Of a DNA stretch of 31,025 nucleotides, positions 24,810-31,025 are shown one piece after another. Every line of letters starts with the position of its first letter. The first letter of the stretch is position 1. The position numbers were made by a program, and so were the translations under genes. This stretch comes from an uncultured Gammaproteobacteria bacterium (lineage in GTDB: Bacteria > Patescibacteriota > Patescibacteriia > Patescibacteriales > GWC2-42-12), in assembly GCA_964537265.1 (NCBI GenBank), contig CAZHZE010000009.1, forward strand, positions 1 to 31,025. Direction: 5' to 3'. A model generated the notes under the pieces. That model did no database searches, was not told where the DNA came from, and worked only from the letters and a program-made list of their open reading frames with translations.

Positions 24810-25181
24810 ATGAAAAATGACAATGCAAAGTTTAAAGTGGAATTTAAAAAACGCATTTATAATTGGGTTTTACAATTAATTAAATTTATTGATAAGTTAT
24901 CTAGAGATTCTGTTTGTTCAGTTATGAGTAAACAGTTGCTAAGAAGTGGCACTAGCGTATTAGCTAATTATATTGAAGCTAATTCAGCCAGTTCTAAAAA
25001 AGATTTTATTAATTTTTTTACTCATTCATTGAAATCAGCTAATGAATCAAAAGTTTGGCTATGTCTTTTAAGAGATACTAATAAAGGAGACAAAAAAGAA
25101 TTAGAATGGCTTTTAAATGAATTAGTGGAAATAGCCAATATTATTGCTTCAAGTATTCTAACTTTAAAGGGTAAAAAATAA
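24810..25181 (+). CDS. four-helix-bundle protein (family often encoded in 23S rRNA intervening sequences)
   Basis: The 123-aa product is all-helical and includes QLLRSGTSVLANYIEA and FFTHSLKSANESKVWL, typical of this family. Confidence 0.6.
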   Translation: MKNDNAKFKVEFKKRIYNWVLQLIKFIDKLSRDSVCSVMSKQLLRSGTSVLANYIEANSASSKKDFINFFTHSLKSANESKVWLCLLRDTNKGDKKELEWLLNELVEIANIIASSILTLKGKK

Positions 25182-25240
25182 TAATTTTTTATTTTAAATT
25201 GTCATTTTTAATTTTGAGATTTACATTTTACATTATAAAA

Positions 25241-25268
25241 AACACGGCTTTACCGTGTTTTTTATGTT
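25241..25268. terminator. bidirectional intrinsic terminator
   Basis: The sequence is aaaaa acacgg cttt accgtgt ttttt, lying between convergent genes. Confidence 0.7.
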
Positions 25269-25294
25269 ACGAGTTATGGGTTGCGAACTGTGAG

Positions 25295-25726
25295 TTATGA
25301 AGTCATCGCCGTTAAGACAAGTTTTACTAGGGCATATGAGCTAAAGATAATAAATAGGCCAACTGCTGCCCAGATTAAAATATTTTTTCCTTTAGTTACT
25401 TGTTCTTGGTTGCCGGCTGATAACATCCAAATAATACCGCCGTAGATAAACATTACTAAGGCCAATGAACCGATAACTCCCATAATAGCATTAATAACAT
25501 TGCCTAGAAGAGTTGGTATATCGGTTTTACCTTGACCCAGGGGGTTGTCGAGGGGGACGGCGCCGGAGGTTCCTGGGGCAATAGGTTCACAACCATCCTG
25601 ACACTTAGTGGTACCAGGAATAAATGAAGTGTCGCTACCCTCGGCGCACCAGCAATCAGCAGCAAATGAATAATTAGCTAATACGAATGAAGAAAGTATA
25701 ATTGTAAAAAATATTATTTTTTTCAT
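25295..25726 (-). CDS. pilin-like protein, paralog 9, with a cysteine-rich N-terminal module
   Basis: The 143-aa product has a signal peptide, then CWCAEGSDTSFIPGTTKCQDGCEP with four Cys. The conserved block is IMGVIGSLALVMFIYGGIIWMLSAGNQEQVTKGKNILIWAAVGLFIIFSSYALV. Confidence 0.8.
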   Translation of the reverse strand: MKKIIFFTIILSSFVLANYSFAADCWCAEGSDTSFIPGTTKCQDGCEPIAPGTSGAVPLDNPLGQGKTDIPTLLGNVINAIMGVIGSLALVMFIYGGIIWMLSAGNQEQVTKGKNILIWAAVGLFIIFSSYALVKLVLTAMTS

Positions 25727-25750
25727 ATTGTTTTTAAATTATATATTTAT

Positions 25751-25778
25751 ATAATATAATTTTTTAAAGTTTTAGTCA
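25751..25778 (-). promoter_or_regulatory. candidate promoter for paralog 9 (minus strand: TTGACT-16-TATTAT)
   Basis: On the plus strand, agtcaa at 25773-78 and ataata at 25751-56. The start codon is at 25726. Confidence 0.4.
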
Positions 25779-25780
25779 AT

Positions 25781-25813
25781 TAAAAAGAGCGGAAAGTAAA
25801 AAATTTCCGCTCT
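25781..25813 (-). terminator. intrinsic terminator for the upstream minus-strand operon
   Basis: The stem agagcggaaa / tttccgctct (10 bp) has an 8-nt loop and is followed on the minus strand by a T-run (plus-strand aaaaa at 25781-85). Confidence 0.7.
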
Positions 25814-25852
25814 TGTGTTTAACTTTAACAAAGTTTTTCACCCCGTACTTTT

Positions 25853-26689
25853 TCATACAGAGGGAAGAAACTGTATTGTTATTTGTCCTCCTTTTTTGTA
25901 TTTAAGGTTAAGTTCGTTAGCCCTTTCATTCGTTAAAATTACTCCCTGTGGTTTTATAACAAGTTGCGTTGAATCATCAACACGAGGAGCTTGGATTTCG
26001 TTTTTAGGCGCACCAGTGACGATATATCGCTGCTTTATTTTTAACTCCGTGATTGTTATAACTTCATCAGTATAAAAGTATACTTTCCAGGTTTCTCCGC
26101 TCTTATCCTTTAATTTTACTATGGAGAATTTTCCTGGAACAATATCACCGGCGTCTATCCAATAGAACATAGATGTTTCTACCCAAATTTTTTTATCAGA
26201 AGGAAAAATGCCATTTTCTTTTGGCAACATTATTTCTGTGTAAGCAATCCTCTGAACAATTTTGGATTTTTCTTCCGGCCTGACCTGTAAAACCGTATTT
26301 CCGGCATTAAGATAGTATTTATCCCAGCCCTTGTTTTGAGCTTGTTCAAAACCTTTTCTCGTCTGCCAGTAGAAACGATCTACCTTAGCTTTCGCTATAC
26401 CATAACTTCCTGCCGCCGCCGCTTCTGTTTTCAACGCTTGATTTGACCATCCGCGACCCTTAAGATCGGCGGTAGCGTTGAAGTTTCTTTTTGCGCTTTT
26501 TATATTTTGCCATCCCAATAAACCGAACACGATAAATAGGATAAGAAGCGCAAAACAAATTTTGGAAAATGTGATTTTTTTAAATTTTTCGGGCATTTTA
26601 GGCAAGCCAAATTTCGCTTTGTTTTCTTCTTCTTTTGGTTCGCCACCTAGTAATTTAAGCTTTTTTTCCTTTTTCTTTTCCGGTGCCAT
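25853..26689 (-). CDS. membrane-anchored protein of unknown function, operon partner of the SPFH protein (possible NfeD-like role)
   Basis: The 278-aa product has a Lys/Glu-rich N-terminus, one TM (ICFALLILFIVFGLLGW) and a beta-rich extracytoplasmic domain. It overlaps the SPFH gene end by 35 nt; an alternative start is the Met at 26596. Confidence 0.55.
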   Translation of the reverse strand: MAPEKKKEKKLKLLGGEPKEEENKAKFGLPKMPEKFKKITFSKICFALLILFIVFGLLGWQNIKSAKRNFNATADLKGRGWSNQALKTEAAAAGSYGIAKAKVDRFYWQTRKGFEQAQNKGWDKYYLNAGNTVLQVRPEEKSKIVQRIAYTEIMLPKENGIFPSDKKIWVETSMFYWIDAGDIVPGKFSIVKLKDKSGETWKVYFYTDEVITITELKIKQRYIVTGAPKNEIQAPRVDDSTQLVIKPQGVILTNERANELNLKYKKGGQITIQFLPSV

Positions 26690-27857
26690 CTTTTTTCACC
26701 TCCGCTGTTTTATCTTCTCCTAAAGATTGGTTTGTTAAATTCATGCCAGCAGCTAACTCAGCTCCCATTATAGGTGCCTCCGCTCCTTTACTGGCGATTA
26801 TTACACCCTTATTGTTTTTTATGGCTTCAAAATAGTTTTTGTTAAGTAGATATTGAGCAGCTGCCTTAGAATCAAGACCGGTAATATCCATTACTTTTTT
26901 AATTTCCTGGCCTATTGCTTCTCCTTCTACTGCTTGTTGGATTCTCTTTGCTTCCGCTGTTTTTTTAGCCGTTTCAATAGCAATTTCTGCTGCATCTCTT
27001 TCTTTTTCAGCAATAATGATTTTATCCCTTTGTTCTCGTATTTCCGGCGGCACAGCAATGTCAGTCACGGCGATACTTTCAATTTCGACTCCCCAGACTT
27101 TGAATTTATCAGCATCAGTATCTTTCTGGGTAATGATTGCATCAGCATTAGTATCGGATTTAGTTTCAATGGCTTTATCTAATTCCATTGTTCCATAATA
27201 AGCTCTAATGCCAGAATCAGTTTTTTCTCTAATGCCTTTAAATAAATTATCAATTTCGAAAGTTGCTCTGTGAGAGCCGTAGATACGGAAGAATATTTCA
27301 GCCGTAACAGCAGAAGTGGTGTTTTTGAAATTAATTGCCGCTTCTTTTATTCCATCTCTTTCGGTGCCATCCATATATAGTCTTAAACTCTGTGTATACA
27401 TGGGCACTTTTGCTTTAATGAACATAAAGAATGGAAATTTGATATGTAGGCCTGGCTCCCATGTTGTGAACCACTTACCAAACAATAAGATAATCCACTC
27501 TTCATTTTGTTCAACCTCATTCCAGCCGTTACGTATTACTAGAATGTTTAAAGCAATTGGAATAACAAAAAGAATTAGTAATTGGAGTATCCAAGATGGC
27601 CAAATAAAGAAACTAATACCGCTTAGGATAAACCCGGTTAAAATAGTTACAACAAATAACCCAAACCATAAAACGGGCGAGATTATTGCCGCTTCTTTTT
27701 GTTTTTCCTTTTTTTCTAATAAACAGTTGGTTTTAGCATGCTCCCGCTGTTTTTCTTCCACGCGTTTTATTTCTGTTTGTTCATCTGTTGTACCCTCTCT
27801 TTTTTTTAACTTCTTTATCTTTTCCCAAAAATTTTTTAATCCTTTCATTTTCTTCAC
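26655..27857 (-). CDS. SPFH/band-7 (stomatin/prohibitin/flotillin-like) domain membrane protein
   Basis: The 400-aa product has two N-terminal TMs. Its SPFH core (WNEVEQNEEWIILLFGKW...EPGLHIKFPF...VPMYTQSLRL) is followed by a long charged helical region with an AEA/EAK-rich repeat. Confidence 0.75.
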   Translation of the reverse strand: MKKMKGLKNFWEKIKKLKKREGTTDEQTEIKRVEEKQREHAKTNCLLEKKEKQKEAAIISPVLWFGLFVVTILTGFILSGISFFIWPSWILQLLILFVIPIALNILVIRNGWNEVEQNEEWIILLFGKWFTTWEPGLHIKFPFFMFIKAKVPMYTQSLRLYMDGTERDGIKEAAINFKNTTSAVTAEIFFRIYGSHRATFEIDNLFKGIREKTDSGIRAYYGTMELDKAIETKSDTNADAIITQKDTDADKFKVWGVEIESIAVTDIAVPPEIREQRDKIIIAEKERDAAEIAIETAKKTAEAKRIQQAVEGEAIGQEIKKVMDITGLDSKAAAQYLLNKNYFEAIKNNKGVIIASKGAEAPIMGAELAAGMNLTNQSLGEDKTAEVKKDGTGKEKGKKA

Positions 27858-28124
27858 CCTTTCCTTTCATTATATTTTTATTTTATTTTTTGTTTATTTA
27901 TTCGATTGTCAAAGTGCAACAATCGAACCTTCATATTTCCCTCTTGGTTTATCTAAAAATAGACAAACCAAGAGGGAAGAAAAAGGCTCGATTTTTATTC
28001 TATTTGGCACATAAATACCAAAAGAACTAATTTATTATAATAGCATAAAATTAAAAAAAAGTCAACTATTTTATAATAATTAACTTTTTTATTGCTAAAA
28101 TTAGGTAAATATAATTAAAAAACC

Positions 28125-28814
28125 TCACCCCAACCCTCTCCTTGTTAATGAGAGGGATTTTTTACTATTCCTTTCTCGCCATTCCTGTATTTTTTTATGA
28201 TTACCAGATAAAAGTACTTTTGGTACTTGGTATTTTTTATTATTAGTTTGAAAAATTTCCGGCCGCGTATATTGCGGATGCTCTAAAATTCCTGGCTTAG
28301 CATGCGATTCATATTTTGCGCTATCGGCATTGCCTAAGGCACCAGGTAATAATCTGGTGATAGAATCTACAATTGCCATAGCGCCAATTTCGCCGCCGGT
28401 TAAAACATAATCGCCGATAGAAATTTCTTCATCAATAAATTTAGCAATTCTTTCATCAACGCCTTCGTAGCGGCCGCAAATTAAAATAATATCATTTAAT
28501 TTAGTGTGTGACTTAGCTAGTTGTTGATTCCAAGTTTTACCTTTTGCAGAAAGAAGAATAATTTTTATTTTTTTATTTTTAATTTTTGATTTAATATTTT
28601 TTATAGCTTTATATAACGGTTCAATTTTCATAACCATGCCAGCGCCGCCGCCGAAGGGCGTGTCGTCTACGGTTTTATGTTTGTCGATTGTCCAATCGCG
28701 TAAGTTATAAATTTTAATGTTGATTAATTTATTTTTTTGCGCGCGCTTAAGAATACTCTCATTAAAATAAGAGTCAAAGATTTTAGGAAAAATTGTAATA
28801 ATGTGAAAAGTCAT
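28125..28814 (-). CDS. trmD: tRNA (guanine37-N1)-methyltransferase
   Basis: The 229-aa product has the SPOUT-fold motifs IITIFPKIF, DDTPFGGGAGMVMK and GRYEGVDERI. Confidence 0.9.
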   Translation of the reverse strand: MTFHIITIFPKIFDSYFNESILKRAQKNKLINIKIYNLRDWTIDKHKTVDDTPFGGGAGMVMKIEPLYKAIKNIKSKIKNKKIKIILLSAKGKTWNQQLAKSHTKLNDIILICGRYEGVDERIAKFIDEEISIGDYVLTGGEIGAMAIVDSITRLLPGALGNADSAKYESHAKPGILEHPQYTRPEIFQTNNKKYQVPKVLLSGNHKKIQEWRERNSKKSLSLTRRGLG

Positions 28815-28876
28815 AAATTTATTCTAATAAAAAAACCACATTGGTTTGTGGTTTTTTTATTTATATCTAATTAAAT

Positions 28877-29197
28877 TTAGATTTTTAAATCATCAACAGA
28901 TGAAGTGTCAATCCCTGAATCGCGTCTGGGTTGGCGTCTAGCGCCTTCCGGTTCATAGATTTTCAAGTTGACACGAGCATTGTTTTTAGCGCCAACGATC
29001 TTTAATAAAGTTCGGATGGCTTGGGCTGTCTGACCTTTTCGGCCAATGATATATCCCATGTCGGCCGGGTCGGTTTTGAGTGTTAACAAAACTCCCATTT
29101 CGTCTACTGTTCTATCCACTGATACAGCATCAGGGTTAGAAACAACTGACTTGGCGACGAATTCCAAGAATGCTTGATCGGATGCTTGAGCAGCCAT
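28877..29197 (-). CDS. khpA: KH-domain RNA-binding protein (KhpA-like)
   Basis: The 106-aa product has the KH motif IGRKGQTAQAIRTLL and lies between rpsP and trmD, as is usual. Confidence 0.75.
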   Translation of the reverse strand: MAAQASDQAFLEFVAKSVVSNPDAVSVDRTVDEMGVLLTLKTDPADMGYIIGRKGQTAQAIRTLLKIVGAKNNARVNLKIYEPEGARRQPRRDSGIDTSSVDDLKI

Positions 29198-29294
29198 AGT
29201 TTTCTTTCTCTTACAAAGCTGACTACAGAGGTAAATGCCTCATAAATATTTTCAGTCAGAATTGAAAGATCTCTTAATAATTAAACCCAATTGT

Positions 29295-29453
29295 GGGGTT
29301 ATCATAGAATACCATTTCTACTGCAATTTGAAAATTTTAGCTGCAAATTTTTTAAAGCTCCTCCGCTTATATTTCATAAACATCGTCGCTTTATAAAATT
29401 TTCGCTTTTAAATTTTCAAATTTCGTAACGAAAGCGTATTCTGTGATAACCCC
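29295..29453. repeat. structured intergenic element, copy B: 18-nt inverted repeat ggggttatcatagaatac / gtattctgtgataacccc enclosing a 123-nt core
   Basis: The arms are complementary except for one T-G pair. The core starts catttctactgcaatttgaaaatttt and ends aaatttcgtaacgaaagc, matching the core ends of copy A. It sits inside the rpsP-khpA spacer. Confidence 0.6.
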
Positions 29454-29497
29454 TTTGGGATTATGTTATTATAACATAAATCAAAATTTTGTCAATC

Positions 29498-29869
29498 TTA
29501 AGCAGTTGGTTGTTCTGTTTTTATTTCTTCTACTTGAGCCGGCGCAGTTTCAGTAGCCGCTGGTTGTTCGGTAGCTTTAGCCGGGGCTGGAGCTTTTTTA
29601 GCTTTTCTATTTTTTGAAGCTTTTAGCTTTTTACCTTCAATAATTTTTTTCTCAATCAATAAATTATTTACTGTATTAGACATGCCAGCGCCTTTAGAAA
29701 GCCAATACTTAGTTTTTTCGGCATCAATTTTTAATTCTTTGGTGTGCGGATTGTAAGAACCTAAAATTTCTAAAGAATCTCCATAAAGATCTTTATGTTT
29801 TTCTGATATGAGGACGCGATACAATGGTTTATTCTTTTTCCCCACCCTTGATAATCTGATAGTTAACAT
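29498..29869 (-). CDS. rpsP: 30S ribosomal protein S16 with an Ala/Pro/Lys-rich C-terminal tail
   Basis: The N-terminus MLTIRLSRVGKKNKPLYRV...YNPHTKE matches S16. The C-terminus is ...KNRKAKKAPAPAKATEQPAATETAPAQ. Confidence 0.9.
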   Translation of the reverse strand: MLTIRLSRVGKKNKPLYRVLISEKHKDLYGDSLEILGSYNPHTKELKIDAEKTKYWLSKGAGMSNTVNNLLIEKKIIEGKKLKASKNRKAKKAPAPAKATEQPAATETAPAQVEEIKTEQPTA

Positions 29870-29962
29870 AATTATTTAGTTTATTTATAAATATCTGTTT
29901 TGAGCATGACAGACGGTTTATTTAGTAGATGTTAGCTGACTAACATTTTTTTGTCAATCTGC

Positions 29963-30037
29963 TGGAGCGGGTAGCGGGAATCGAACCCGCCTCTCGACCT
30001 TGGAAGGGTCGCATAAAAGCCACTATACTATACCCGC
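29963..30037 (-). tRNA. tRNA-Gly(TCC) with encoded CCA
   Basis: The reverse complement reads GCGGGTA TA GTAT AGTGGC.. CGACC CTTCCAA GGTCG AGAG GCGGG TTCGATT CCCGC TACCCGC T CCA. The discriminator is U73. Confidence 0.8.
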
Positions 30038-30044
30038 CTTTGCT

Positions 30045-30195
30045 TTTATTATCGCAAAAGCTACGGCGGGCAAGCCCGCTTATTATGGCGGCTTGCACTA
30101 CGTAGCCTTGGCGAAGTAGTGTCGGGCTGCTCACGAATTGAAGGGGCGGAAGCCCCACGCCGACACGCTGATTTCGGCAAGCCCAACAACCTAAC
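30045..30195. ncRNA. GC-rich structured RNA candidate between tRNA-Gly and tRNA-Pro; identity and strand unresolved (SRP-RNA-like long hairpin is one hypothesis)
   Basis: The GC-rich core of about 140 nt contrasts sharply with the AT-rich flanks. It contains nested helices: gctacg...cgtagc, gcgggc-aa-gcccgc, gtgtcgg...ccgacac, and ggggc-GGAA-gcccc. The minus-strand reading contains GAGCAGCC, reminiscent of the SRP helix 8 motif, but the fit to SRP is imperfect. Tracked ORFs at 29940..30197 and 30061..30264 overlap tRNAs and are rejected. Confidence 0.35.
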
Positions 30196-30232
30196 AAAAA
30201 ATTCTAAAGTCGCAAGGACTTTATAATTTTTG

Positions 30233-30303
30233 TCGGGCTGCTGGGAATTGAACCCAGTCAACATGCTCCCAAAGCATGCGTACTACCGGTATACGACAGC
30301 CCG
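30233..30303 (-). tRNA. tRNA-Pro(TGG)
   Basis: The reverse complement reads CGGGCTG TC GTAT ACCGGTA GTAC G CATGC TTTGGGA GCATG TTGA CTGGG TTCAATT CCCAG CAGCCCG A. The C1:G72 pair and A73 are typical of bacterial tRNA-Pro. Confidence 0.8.
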
Positions 30304-30325
30304 GATTCAATTACTAATTGAAATG

Positions 30326-30397
30326 TGCCGGGGGTGAGAATCGGACTCACGACACAATGATTTTCAGTCATTTGCTCTACCACTGAGCTACCCCGGC
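30326..30397 (-). tRNA. tRNA-Phe(GAA)
   Basis: The reverse complement reads GCCGGGG TA GCTC AGTGGTA GAGC A AATGA CTGAAAA TCATT GTGTC GTGAG TCCGATT CTCAC CCCCGGC A. Confidence 0.85.
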
Positions 30398-30491
30398 AAA
30401 TTAGTCATAAAGTTAAAAGTTGAAAGTTAGAAAGTAGAAAATTTAAATCAAAACTTTTTAACTTTATACTTTTAACTTTTAACTATCTTTG

Positions 30492-30564
30492 TTGCGGGGG
30501 CCGGATTTGAACCGGCGACCTCCAGGTTATGGGCCTGGCGAGCTGCCAACTGCTCTACCCCGCG
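30492..30564 (-). tRNA. initiator tRNA-fMet(CAT)
   Basis: The reverse complement reads CGCGGGG TA GAGC AGTTGGCA GCTC G CCAGG CCCATAA CCTGG AGGTC GCCGG TTCAAAT CCGGC CCCCGCA A. It has the C1xA72 mismatch and A11:U24. Its acceptor and T arms are nearly identical to E. coli tRNAfMet as I recall it. Position 33 in the anticodon loop is C rather than U. Confidence 0.8.
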
Positions 30565-30699
30565 TCGCTTTGCGAAATTTTTAATTTCCAATTTTTAATT
30601 TTTAAATAAATTATAATTTTCAATGTTTGAAATATTGAAAATTAAAGCATTAAAAATTGTTTAAAAATTTAAAATTATAAAATTTAAAAATTATCCGAG

Positions 30700-30773
30700 T
30701 GGGCAACGGGGGAATCGAACCTCCGACCTCCACATTATCAGTGTGGCGCTCTAACCATCTGAGCTAGTTGCCC
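30700..30773 (-). tRNA. tRNA-Ile(GAT)
   Basis: The reverse complement reads GGGCAAC TA GCTC AGATGGTTA GAGC G CCACA CTGATAA TGTGG AGGTC GGAGG TTCGATT CCCCC GTTGCCC A. This is the typical rRNA-spacer tRNA. Confidence 0.85.
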
Positions 30774-30982
30774 AAAATAATAAAATAAAAAGACTGCTTC
30801 CGAATAATTTAGGACCAGTCTTTTTATACAAATAGGCCCATAAAACTATTTGCTTGTCCGCCATAGCTTTAGCGAAGGCGGGTTATTATTTTGTATTTCA
30901 ATGCTAACAGGCGCTAACTCTTTTTCACTTTGTTATTGCTAACAAAGGTCGACTATCGATTTTTCACCGATTATCTCCCTAG

Positions 30983-31025
30983 AAAGGAGGTGATCCATCC
31001 ACAGCTTCCGCTACGGATGCCTTGT
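30983..31025 (-). rRNA. 16S rRNA, 3'-terminal ~45 nt only; the gene continues beyond the right edge of the window
   Basis: The reverse complement of 30981-31025 reads ACAAGGCATCCGTAGCGGAAGCTGTGGATGGATCACCTCCTTTCT. This matches the universal 16S 3' end (ACAAGGTAaCCGTAgGGGAAcCTGcGGtTGGATCACCTCCTT), including the anti-Shine-Dalgarno CCUCC. Confidence 0.8.

Noticed and set aside
26853-28030. Four plus-strand ORFs (60-232 aa) antisense to the SPFH gene
   Set aside because: They lie antisense to a gene with a clear SPFH domain. The translations are Phe/Ser/Cys/Ile-rich low complexity with no RBS, as expected from antisense reading of Lys/Glu-rich coding sequence.
29940-30264. ORFs of 85 and 67 aa on the minus strand across tRNA-Gly, the GC-rich RNA candidate, and tRNA-Pro
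   Set aside because: They overlap well-supported tRNA genes and a GC-rich structured block. Arg/Ala/Pro-rich translations are typical of GC-rich non-coding RNA regions.
1-31025. CRISPR arrays, integrases, transposases, prophage or toxin-antitoxin modules
   Set aside because: I found no regularly spaced direct repeats with unique spacers. No ORF shows recombinase, transposase or phage structural signatures. The direct repeats present (27-nt x2 at 14005/14083) are too few and are palindromic, unlike CRISPR.

Overview
This is an AT-rich window (roughly 30% GC by eye) from a small-genome bacterium. The gene content and organisation look like Patescibacteria/CPR. I infer this from the many small T4SS-pilin-like genes, a four-helix-bundle protein, a cytidylate-kinase-like P-loop kinase, the absence of rimM from the rpsP operon, and frequent gene overlaps. 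The window carries the chromosomal origin gene set, with rpmH-rnpA-yidD-yidC on the minus strand and dnaA-dnaN diverging on the plus strand. Next come a class A PBP and then a tandem array of six paralogous small secreted/membrane pilin-like genes. Three more paralogs lie further on, giving nine in the window. A lipoprotein gene and a 3D-domain murein-hydrolase-like gene sit beside the array. tRNA-Cys follows, adjacent to two consensus DnaA boxes bracketed by a duplicated palindrome. After that come dksA-like and lspA, a 305-aa hypothetical, tsaE, tRNA-Val and tRNA-Leu, rplS, a P-loop kinase and an RluA-family pseudouridine synthase. A GT1 glycosyltransferase, a Wzx-like flippase and a GIY-YIG protein follow on the minus strand. 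On the plus strand are a GH5-like hydrolase, a ROK-like sugar kinase and a four-helix-bundle protein. Then come an SPFH/band-7 operon, trmD-khpA-rpsP, and a minus-strand cluster of tRNA-Gly, tRNA-Pro, tRNA-Phe, initiator tRNA-fMet and tRNA-Ile(GAT). The window ends in the 3' end of a 16S rRNA gene. Several ORF-free stretches contain organised non-coding structure. A conserved roughly 100-nt core occurs twice, each time inside a different perfect 18-bp inverted repeat, once inside the rpsP-khpA spacer. There is a GC-rich structured RNA candidate inside the tRNA cluster, a G-free A+C tract between dnaA and dnaN, and a 650-nt island with an orphan consensus promoter and a strong terminator. No CRISPR array, integrase or transposase was seen.
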